DNA of 64,000 nt from Patescibacteria group bacterium (GTDB lineage: Bacteria; Patescibacteriota; Patescibacteriia; UBA10025; JAHIVO01). The notes under the pieces are model-generated. The model worked only from the letters and a program-made list of their open reading frames with translations. It ran no database searches and was not told the origin of the DNA. This document shows positions 18,993 to 26,668 of this stretch, in pieces (positions within the stretch are counted from its first letter, which is position 1; each line of letters begins with the position of its first letter). The stretch is from NCBI GenBank assembly GCA_028718605.1, contig JAQULM010000001.1, forward strand, positions 519,006 to 583,005, given 5' to 3'. The position numbers and the translations under genes were made by a program.

Positions 18993-19796
18993 ATGGAATA
19001 TATAAAATTTATCACCGGGCTACTGAAACAAGCCTCGGTTATTGCCGTCAAAAACTTCGGGCATGTCACCAGCTCCATCAAACCGACAGATCGCAACCAA
19101 GTGCTGACGGAAATAGATTTGGAAATCGGAAAATTTCTGGTAACCAAAATCCGGCAAGCATACCCCGCCTACAATATAATTGATGAAGAATCCAGCGTGG
19201 TAGACCGGAACTCGGAATATACCTGGGTACTCGACCCGATTGACGGAACCAGCAACTATGCGGCAGGATCGCCTCTGTACGGCATAATGATCGGGTTACT
19301 GAAAAAGGCGATTCCTATCGCTGGCGGAGTTTCCTTGCCGCATTTACAATCCACCTATGCCGCCGAGAAGGGGAAAGGTGCGTTTCGAAATGGCAACACA
19401 ATCCATGTTACGGCCGAATCGAGCCTTTCCAACGTTCTCATGGCATACGGCATTGATCCGCATCCGGACAATCCTTCGTTCACTAAAAAAGAAATGGACA
19501 TTATGCATCAGGTCGTCCTCCGGTCGCGGAATCTGCGTATCAGCAACAGCGTATGTGATGCGATGATGGTTGCTGACGGGACGTATGGCGGCTGGATGTG
19601 CCAATCCAGTAAAATTTGGGACTGTGTCGCCATGCAGGTGATCGTTGAAGAGGCGGGCGGCATTTTTACCGATGTTTCCGGCATGGTAACTGATTATTCA
19701 AACCCGCTCACGCGGACAAGCCAAAATTTCACCCAGTGCGCCGCGGCGCCGGCAATCCACCGGCAGTTATTGGAAATTTGCCACCCAATACCCTAA
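18993..19796 (+). CDS. inositol monophosphatase family protein (IMPase/SuhB/CysQ-like)
   Basis: WVLDPIDGTSNY metal-binding motif; 267 aa. Confidence 0.75.
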   Translation: MEYIKFITGLLKQASVIAVKNFGHVTSSIKPTDRNQVLTEIDLEIGKFLVTKIRQAYPAYNIIDEESSVVDRNSEYTWVLDPIDGTSNYAAGSPLYGIMIGLLKKAIPIAGGVSLPHLQSTYAAEKGKGAFRNGNTIHVTAESSLSNVLMAYGIDPHPDNPSFTKKEMDIMHQVVLRSRNLRISNSVCDAMMVADGTYGGWMCQSSKIWDCVAMQVIVEEAGGIFTDVSGMVTDYSNPLTRTSQNFTQCAAAPAIHRQLLEICHPIP

Positions 19797-19837
19797 GCCG
19801 GCCACTAGCTCCTTTCCATTGAGGGGTATTCTTGTGG

Positions 19838-19843
19838 TATACT
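19838..19843 (+). promoter_or_regulatory. candidate extended -10 element (TGgTATACT) upstream of the SPFH gene
   Basis: cttgTGgTATACTaaaa about 40 nt upstream of ATG 19881. Confidence 0.3.
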
Positions 19844-19880
19844 AAAACCGATAAATAATTAACATCGAAAGGGATATCCT

Positions 19881-20639
19881 ATGGAAATTATCTGGATACT
19901 CATCATCGTCGGCGTCATCCTCGTCCTCATGGGATTGCGGATTGTCAACCAATACGAGCGCGGCGTCGTACTCACCCTCGGCAAATACACGAGCACCCGC
20001 GAACCAGGCCTGACGTATATCCTGCCGATCTTCCAACGGATGATTAAAGTAGACTTGCGTATCGCCACGATTGATATCCCGCAGCAGGAAGTGATTACCA
20101 AGGATAATGTACCCGCCGGTATCAATGCGGTCGTCTACTTCCAGGTGGAGAAGGCCGAGTACGCGATTCTGCAGATACAGGACTACGCGCTCGCGGTATC
20201 ACAGTATGCCCAAGCGGCTCTCCGCGATGTGATCGGTAGCGTGGAACTCGACACATTGCTCGCGGAACGCGATAAAATTGCGGATGAAATTAAAAAAATT
20301 GTTGATGTCGCAACCAACAATTGGGGTGTTAATGTTACTGCAATCAAAATCCAGGACATTGAACTGCCAGCAGACATGAAGCGTGTTATGGCAAAACAGG
20401 CGGAGTCAGAGCGTGAACGGCGCGCTGTCATCATCAGGGCCCAGGGCGAACTGAAAGCATCGGAAGACCTGCGGGCTGCTGCCCAGAATCTGTCCCAGGC
20501 GCAAGGCGGCCTCTCGCTCCGGACATTAAAAACAATCGAAGCGATCAATCCTGATCCGTCCAAGACGGTCATCTTTGCGCTTCCGGTTGAAGTCATGGAA
20601 GGAATTAAATCACTCGGCAAGGTTGCAGGACCGAAGTAA
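19881..20639 (+). CDS. SPFH/Band-7 (stomatin/prohibitin-like) membrane protein
   Basis: N-terminal TM helix, then a Band-7 domain (…YERGVVLTLGKY…) and a coiled-coil tail. Confidence 0.8.
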   Translation: MEIIWILIIVGVILVLMGLRIVNQYERGVVLTLGKYTSTREPGLTYILPIFQRMIKVDLRIATIDIPQQEVITKDNVPAGINAVVYFQVEKAEYAILQIQDYALAVSQYAQAALRDVIGSVELDTLLAERDKIADEIKKIVDVATNNWGVNVTAIKIQDIELPADMKRVMAKQAESERERRAVIIRAQGELKASEDLRAAAQNLSQAQGGLSLRTLKTIEAINPDPSKTVIFALPVEVMEGIKSLGKVAGPK

Positions 20640-20724
20640 TCACCACAGTGCCTGATAATTAATACTTATTAAATAAGAGCCCGAGCGCGAGCTGGAGTTC
20701 TTGTTTTCTAGTTTATTGCGCAGA

Positions 20725-21663
20725 TCATTTAATTTCTTTAAGGAATTGCGCTGCGAGGGTAACTGTATCAACAGAGGAACTGTAGAAATCCTTCCACACA
20801 ACGACTATATTAGCGTCATTGAACACGGCCCGCTGCACCTCGCGTATCGTATCACCACCAGCAACGGCGACGGTGATATTATAACTCCCTCGGATCTGCT
20901 TGATCTGATAATACGGGATTTGTTTTTCTTTCGAGAACTCGGTCTCGTCGACGCCACGGTGCAAAACCACAACATCCGGAAGCGCCCTGAGCTGGCGAAG
21001 GAGCATATGCGGGCTTTCTACATTCATCATGTCGACCATTGAATCAAGCCCGTGCTGCTTGCATGCCGCGATAAACCGGTCGATTGTTTCTACGCGCGCG
21101 ACCCCAAGGCACGTAATCCCGTTCGCGCCTGCCGTTGCGGCCATTTCAACCTCCCGCTCTGCCAGATCAGCCGTTTTTGCATCGGCGACAACGTACGCAC
21201 CCGGCCAGGCCATCGCACGGACAGTGCGGATTGCCTCAGCTCCGTATATTTTTATCAGCGGTGTGCCCGCCTCGAGGATGATCCGGTCGGATGGCGGAAG
21301 ACGGCTTATAATCGAGCGCGCATCATCGAGCGTGCTATTGAGCGCAATTTGCAAATACTGCTTGCTTTTCTGTAGTTTTGCGGTGGGAACTGGCACAAGC
21401 GGCATTTGCGCTGTTTTCTGGGACAGCGAACTGAACGCCAGTGCAATCGGCGTCTTTAGGGGCGTTGCTGCCGGTTGTGTGCTTGTTGGTGCGCCTTTCG
21501 GGGCATGGCGTGCTTGCTGAGAAATTTTTTCGAGGAATTGCAGGAGGGGTGATCCGGCCGGTGCTCCTTTCTTTTTCCGGAATATCATCCGCACTATAAA
21601 AAAGAAGATTGCAAAGTTAAAAATCGTCGTAAATACCTCAAAAACTTTAATAGGAGAAGCCAT
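20725..21663 (-). CDS. 3-hexulose-6-phosphate synthase-like (OMPDC/KGPDC-family) protein with an N-terminal TM helix and ~90-aa linker (alternative start ~21405)
   Basis: C-terminal domain KQYLQIALN…ILEAGTPLI…VVADAKTADLA…GANGITCLGVA matches the HPS/KGPDC ribulose-phosphate-binding barrel. Confidence 0.55.
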   Translation of the reverse strand: MASPIKVFEVFTTIFNFAIFFFIVRMIFRKKKGAPAGSPLLQFLEKISQQARHAPKGAPTSTQPAATPLKTPIALAFSSLSQKTAQMPLVPVPTAKLQKSKQYLQIALNSTLDDARSIISRLPPSDRIILEAGTPLIKIYGAEAIRTVRAMAWPGAYVVADAKTADLAEREVEMAATAGANGITCLGVARVETIDRFIAACKQHGLDSMVDMMNVESPHMLLRQLRALPDVVVLHRGVDETEFSKEKQIPYYQIKQIRGSYNITVAVAGGDTIREVQRAVFNDANIVVVWKDFYSSSVDTVTLAAQFLKEIK

Positions 21664-21666
21664 GGC

Positions 21667-22473
21667 TTAGATGACAACCTTTAAAAAACTCTCTGCAAGC
21701 TCCGCCATCTTGTGGGGCTCCTCATAGAATGGGCGCCACACAATGGCGATGTCGGCATCATTGAACACCGTACTCGTTACCTCGCGGAATGTTTCGCATC
21801 CAGCCACTGAAATCGTGACTGGATACGTCCCCTTGATCCGGCGTATCATGTGCAGCGGGATGCTGCGCTCACGGTTCAGATCATGCTCATCAACTCCGCG
21901 GTGAAGCACGACAATATCCGGAAGCGGGCGAAGCTTCTGCAGCACCTCAAACGGAAATTCGACATTCATCATGTCAACCGTTGAATCGATGCCTGCTGCC
22001 GCGCAGTGCTTGATGAATTCACTAATGGTTTCGATGGGCGCCAAACCAAGGCAGGTCGCGGCTGAAGCACCTGCCGCTGCTGCCGCCGCGACTTCTGTAT
22101 ATCCCCGATCCATGCATTTCAGGTCTGCAACGACGTACCCGGGCCTGCCAAGCTTCGCGGACCAACACTGGTACACCATCCCAATTCCGCTGCTGCCGTA
22201 CACCTTTACGAAAGGTGTGCCGACTTCAATAATTATCCTATCCGATGGGGGCAGGGATGCTATCATCTGCCGTACCTCCGGAAGGGAGCGATTCAAGGCT
22301 ATCTGGAGATAACATTTTCGCTTTTCAAGTCGCATAAAGAAGTATTTTGACAACTGCCCATTAGCATACCTGTAGTATACCCAATTCGCCTCAGGGCGAA
22401 CAGGTAACCCGTAAACGCGCGTTTTTGTCCCGATTTCGTCCTTCGATAATACCCGAATCCTAAAGGTTGACAT
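21667..22473 (-). CDS. 3-hexulose-6-phosphate synthase-like protein, tandem paralog
   Basis: KCYLQIALN…IIEVGTPFV…VVADLKCMD…GASAATCLGLA. Same family as 20725..21663, with a ~50-aa N-terminal extension. Confidence 0.55.
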   Translation of the reverse strand: MSTFRIRVLSKDEIGTKTRVYGLPVRPEANWVYYRYANGQLSKYFFMRLEKRKCYLQIALNRSLPEVRQMIASLPPSDRIIIEVGTPFVKVYGSSGIGMVYQCWSAKLGRPGYVVADLKCMDRGYTEVAAAAAAGASAATCLGLAPIETISEFIKHCAAAGIDSTVDMMNVEFPFEVLQKLRPLPDIVVLHRGVDEHDLNRERSIPLHMIRRIKGTYPVTISVAGCETFREVTSTVFNDADIAIVWRPFYEEPHKMAELAESFLKVVI

Positions 22474-22628
22474 GATTTCAATGATTTGCTAAGATAGCCG
22501 ATCAAACAACACCCCTGTGATAGGGTGTTTTTTGATAGAAATTTTATGCCAATATTAGCTGATTATTTAATAGTAAACCTATTTTTTTAGCTAATATTAG
22601 CCGAGGGAAAGATAATTAAGCACGTTGT

Positions 22629-23138
22629 ATGATGAATTTTCTGAATCCAAAGAACAAAAAGGTGAAACCGCATATCGCAATCATGGCAACCATACTCTTT
22701 TGGCAGCTATGCTTCCCCCATAATGCATCCGCACACGCAAATCTGCCGCCAAATGAGGCAGAGCAGCTGATTGCCCAATTATCAGGAGCAGCTCCGGCAA
22801 ACGGCCGGCTGAGATTGCCAGAAGTGGGATTTAAGCCGGTGCCGCCGGCGAAACGTACGCTGTTTATACCAGTAACTGCGTACTCTTCAACGGTGGATCA
22901 ATGCGGGAGCGATCCTTTCACGACCGCTTCGGGAACGAAAGTTCATGATGGAGTTATCGCAGCAAATTTTCTCCCGATCGGAACCAAGGTACGCTTCCCC
23001 GAGCAATTCGGCAACAAAATATTCGTCGTCGAGGACCGAATGAGCGCCCGATACTGGCAACGCGCTGATATCTGGATGCCGGACCGGGAATCCGCCATCG
23101 CGTGGGGAATCCAACGCATAAAAATCGAAATTCTATAA
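22629..23138 (+). CDS. 3D-domain (MltA/RlpA-like double-psi barrel) secreted cell-wall protein
   Basis: Signal peptide, then TAYSSTVDQCGSDPFTTASGTKV…DIWMPD (3D-domain Asp motif). Confidence 0.55.
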   Translation: MMNFLNPKNKKVKPHIAIMATILFWQLCFPHNASAHANLPPNEAEQLIAQLSGAAPANGRLRLPEVGFKPVPPAKRTLFIPVTAYSSTVDQCGSDPFTTASGTKVHDGVIAANFLPIGTKVRFPEQFGNKIFVVEDRMSARYWQRADIWMPDRESAIAWGIQRIKIEIL

Positions 23139-23248
23139 CCATACCGAGAGAGGCCCCATCCGGGGCTTCTCTTGATTCAGGCCAATTTCCCTGTTATTAT
23201 AATCATACGCATATATTTCGCCTGTCTGGAGTGTTGCCGGAACGCTAC

Positions 23249-23323
23249 GGCCACGTAGCCAAGTGGTAAGGCGGGGGTCTGCAAAACCCCTATTCAGCGG
23301 TTCGATTCCGCTCGTGGCCTCCA
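23249..23323 (+). tRNA. tRNA-Cys (anticodon GCA), CCA encoded
   Basis: GGCCACGTAGCCAAGTGGTAAGGCGGGGGTCTGCAAAACCCCTATTCAGCGGTTCGATTCCGCTCGTGGCCTCCA. Confidence 0.85.
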
Positions 23324-23453
23324 CTTGTCTCAATCTAAAACTCTGAAACATCCGAGTCCGCGCATTGGCGGACGAGGAAAAGGAGAAATGGTACGGAGGG
23401 TGGAGCATGCGGCGCATAAGCCGCTGGCGAAATCCGAAGTACCATTTGGACGC

Positions 23454-23528
23454 GCGGGTGTCGTATAACGGTTATTATACTTCCTTGCCAAGGAAGAGAA
23501 GGCGGTTCAATTCCGCTCACCCGCTCCA
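23454..23528 (+). tRNA. tRNA-Gly (anticodon GCC), CCA encoded
   Basis: GCGGGTGTCGTATAACGGTTATTATACTTCCTTGCCAAGGAAGAGAAGGCGGTTCAATTCCGCTCACCCGCTCCA. Confidence 0.85.
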
Positions 23529-23546
23529 GAGCATATTCCAACCGCC

Positions 23547-24008
23547 ATGCAAAAGAAACATGATATTGTCCTGATCCTGCACAATGTCCGGAGCAGGTTT
23601 AATGTCGGCGCGATATTTCGTACCGCCGACGCAGCGGGTGTGAAAAAAATTTATCTTTGCGGCATTACACCGGCGCCGCCGCACCCGAAAATCGATAAAG
23701 TTGCCCTTGGCGCACAGCAGTTTATCCCGTTCGAGAAACACCGCCAAACAGTCCGGTTGATAAAGCAGCTGAAAGCTGAAGGACAACGCGTCGTTGCTAT
23801 CGAACAATCGCACAGCAGCATCCCATACTATCATCTGAAAAATAAAAAACCACTCGTGCTCATCGTCGGTGCCGAAGTACGGGGACTACCTGCAAAAATT
23901 CTGAAGCTGTGCGACAAAACGGTTGAAATCCCGATGTATGGGAAAAAGGAGTCGCTCAATGTGGCGGTCGCACTTGGAATCGTAATATTTGATATAATAC
24001 AGCAGTAA
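23547..24008 (+). CDS. SpoU/TrmH-family RNA 2'-O-methyltransferase
   Basis: 153 aa SPOUT fold (…LVLIVGAEVRGLP…ESLNVAVALGIVIF). Confidence 0.75.
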   Translation: MQKKHDIVLILHNVRSRFNVGAIFRTADAAGVKKIYLCGITPAPPHPKIDKVALGAQQFIPFEKHRQTVRLIKQLKAEGQRVVAIEQSHSSIPYYHLKNKKPLVLIVGAEVRGLPAKILKLCDKTVEIPMYGKKESLNVAVALGIVIFDIIQQ

Positions 24009-24092
24009 GCCGCGGTGGCGGAACTGGTATACGCGCAGGACTTAAAATCCTGTGTCCGCAAGGGCTTGTGGGTTCGACTCCCACCCGCGGCA
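24009..24092 (+). tRNA. tRNA-Leu (anticodon TAA), long variable arm
   Basis: GCCGCGGTGGCGGAACTGGTATACGCGCAGGACTTAAAATCCTGTGTCCGCAAGGGCTTGTGGGTTCGACTCCCACCCGCGGCA. Confidence 0.85.
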
Positions 24093-24122
24093 TGGTAGTT
24101 AACTTTTTGAATACGTACTTTC

Positions 24123-25082
24123 ATGGCGCCCGTGTCTCAGTTACAACGTTCCACGAACGGCAAGCCAAACCTCGTCGTCCTGCACCCGGGACGCTCAATT
24201 TCCGGTTACCCCTTCAATATCGCGAAGTACCGGGAATCGTACCACGATTTTTTTCGGCTCGCGCAAAAAAAGTCAGCGGTGTTTTATGTGCGAACGGGCG
24301 CATCGCGGTACCTGGGCAACGGCGTATTTTCCCATGGATACCAGTTCACGGGCGATAAACTTGTTCCGTACCGGCACCCGATCGCGGCAGCAGTCATGTA
24401 CAATAAAGCGCGGTTTCCGCATAACAGCGGCGCTATGTGGCAGATCGTCAATCCCTGGAAACTGTACGGAATCACGTACGATAAATTCGGCTGCTACCAG
24501 CTGCTCAAACAGTACATGAAACCAACGTACCGCGTGACCTCCCGGAAGACTTTCGTACGATCGCTTCAAAAAATCAAAACCGCGTGGGTTGTCTGGAAGC
24601 CCGTGTTCGGCTCCGAAGGGCGGGGGATTAAAATCGGCCCGAAAAGCCTTATTAGGCGCCGCATTAAACGCTACGATGGATTACTGCAGGAATTCATCGA
24701 CACGTCCGATGGTGTTCCTGGTGTTTGCAAAGGCTTGCACGATATGCGAATCTTGCTGATGAACGGCCGCATCGTCCAGTCGTACGTACGCCAGCCCCGC
24801 AAAGGTTCATATCTCGCCAATGTCGCCCAGGGCGGCCGAATGCTCGAAATCAGAAAAAATCAGATCCCGCGTCGGGCACGCGCTATCGCACAGCGCATTG
24901 ATGAACGCTTTTTTAATTATTTTGGGCCCCGAATTTATGCGATTGACTTCGGATTTGAACGTGGCAAACCGTACTTATTCGAAATCAACCCACAGCCAGG
25001 TCTGCCGTATCGGCAGTGGCCGCTCTACTACCGCGCCTGGCACCATGAACTTCTCAATACATTACTGTCGAGCATACGATAA
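24123..25082 (+). CDS. RimK-like ATP-grasp amidoligase
   Basis: VVWKPVFGSEGRGIKI…LLQEFID…HDMRILLMNGRIV…AIDFGFERGKPYLFEINPQPG ATP-grasp core. Confidence 0.7.
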   Translation: MAPVSQLQRSTNGKPNLVVLHPGRSISGYPFNIAKYRESYHDFFRLAQKKSAVFYVRTGASRYLGNGVFSHGYQFTGDKLVPYRHPIAAAVMYNKARFPHNSGAMWQIVNPWKLYGITYDKFGCYQLLKQYMKPTYRVTSRKTFVRSLQKIKTAWVVWKPVFGSEGRGIKIGPKSLIRRRIKRYDGLLQEFIDTSDGVPGVCKGLHDMRILLMNGRIVQSYVRQPRKGSYLANVAQGGRMLEIRKNQIPRRARAIAQRIDERFFNYFGPRIYAIDFGFERGKPYLFEINPQPGLPYRQWPLYYRAWHHELLNTLLSSIR

Positions 25083-25096
25083 CCCCCTCAAGTGCT

Positions 25097-26656
25097 ATGA
25101 AAACAATCCGCATATACGCGACACTCGCCATTATAATCGCCGGCATGCTGCCGATGTGCGCACGCGCGGACGAACTAGTCCCGATCCAACCGCAGGATAC
25201 CACGGCAGAACAGCCAGCGACACTGGGCGAACAGCCGGCTGAACTTGCGGCAAAAATTACTTCGGAAGATTACATCCTCTACGAAAAGAAGTCCCTGTTC
25301 GACGCCTCGGAGTCGACCCTGCTCCCGTCTGATTCACAGCCAACCTACCGCTGGGAATTTTCGGACGTGCCAACGCCGCAGTTCGGCAAGGAAGTCATTC
25401 GCGAATTCAAACAAACGGGAATCCACCGGGTAACTCTGACCATACAGCAAGGCGACGTATCCGACACTGCCAGTAAAGAAGTTTTCGTATACGACCAAAA
25501 AGTGCTCATGATCACGGATAAAAATCTCGCGAAGGAATTCAAGCTTATCGTGAACCAAGCGGCAAACGATGGAGTGCTTCTCAAGGTCGTCTCCGCCGTG
25601 GAAGAAGAGACGGGCTTTCTGACTGAAGAGAAATTGGTGCCCCTCATCGGTGAAGAGGCGGAATTTATCCGCGATACCGACGGGCTTATATTTTATACCA
25701 ACGCATCTCGCGGCCTCCAGGCGTTCACCCGTTATTGGCAGGGGCTGGGATCAGACAAAACAATCAATCTAGATTCTATTCAGCTTGTTGTGGTAACGGA
25801 ACAGAATATGTCAATCGCGGCCGACCTCGCGCAACAGTCATATGAAGTGATGAAGCCAAAAAATATCATTGTGACGCGCACCGAGGCGCTCAATCCGCTT
25901 TTTGAAACGAAAAACTACAACGAGTTTGTCACGAAGCTCGACGACCGCGCCATTGAGTACCGTATCGTTGACGCGCGCAGCGGCAAATCAGATGCTTTTT
26001 TCCTCTCACGCGCGATCACGACATTCATCGCAAAAGGCATACCAACCAATACGATTTACCTGCTGCTCGCATTTCCCTTTATCGCGTTCGTCGTGACGTT
26101 CTTCCGGCAAGTTATCGGGTTATCCGCCTTTGGCATTTATACGCCGACGGTTACGGCACTTTCGCTGCTCATCCTCGGGATTTATTTCGGCATTGGGACG
26201 TTGCTTATCGTCGTCGCAGTGAGCTACCTCCTGCGCATGGCGCTCAATAAGTTCAAACTCCTGTACATTCCGAAGACAAGCCTTATCCTCTCATCAATCG
26301 CATTATCCTTCCTCGGCCTTATCTGGTTTCTCGCGTACTACCGCGTTTCGCTGGCAATATCGCTCGCTATCTTCCCGATGCTCGTCATGTCAACGATTTC
26401 AGAAAAATTCCTGTCCGCGCAATCGGAGGAAGGCCTCGGGGAAGCGCTCTGGGGCGTCGTCAAAACAATACTCATCGCGGTGGTCGCATACTACCTCGTC
26501 GTATGGACCGCATTCACCAACCTCATCATGTCATGGCCTGAGTTGATCGTCGCTCCACTGCTCGGCATCATACTCCTGGGGAGGTTTACCGGCCTGCGGT
26601 TCACCGAATACATCCGCTTCCGCAGCCTCCTCAAGGAAAAACAAATCGAAGAATAA
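25097..26656 (+). CDS. signal-peptide protein with a ~290-aa extracytoplasmic domain and a C-terminal 7-TM module (7TM_transglut-like architecture)
   Basis: N-terminal signal peptide; 7 predicted TM helices from ~aa 300 to the end. Sits between the two ATP-grasp genes. Confidence 0.5.
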   Translation: MKTIRIYATLAIIIAGMLPMCARADELVPIQPQDTTAEQPATLGEQPAELAAKITSEDYILYEKKSLFDASESTLLPSDSQPTYRWEFSDVPTPQFGKEVIREFKQTGIHRVTLTIQQGDVSDTASKEVFVYDQKVLMITDKNLAKEFKLIVNQAANDGVLLKVVSAVEEETGFLTEEKLVPLIGEEAEFIRDTDGLIFYTNASRGLQAFTRYWQGLGSDKTINLDSIQLVVVTEQNMSIAADLAQQSYEVMKPKNIIVTRTEALNPLFETKNYNEFVTKLDDRAIEYRIVDARSGKSDAFFLSRAITTFIAKGIPTNTIYLLLAFPFIAFVVTFFRQVIGLSAFGIYTPTVTALSLLILGIYFGIGTLLIVVAVSYLLRMALNKFKLLYIPKTSLILSSIALSFLGLIWFLAYYRVSLAISLAIFPMLVMSTISEKFLSAQSEEGLGEALWGVVKTILIAVVAYYLVVWTAFTNLIMSWPELIVAPLLGIILLGRFTGLRFTEYIRFRSLLKEKQIEE

Positions 26657-26668
26657 TTCCCGCACGCT

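Noticed and set aside
22474-22628. Hairpin CACCCTgtgatAGGGTG + T6 and AATATTAGC direct repeats upstream of the 3D-domain gene as a terminator or operator
   Set aside because: No gene on the plus strand ends here (the neighbouring gene is on the minus strand and starts here). The function is ambiguous and evidence too weak to annotate.
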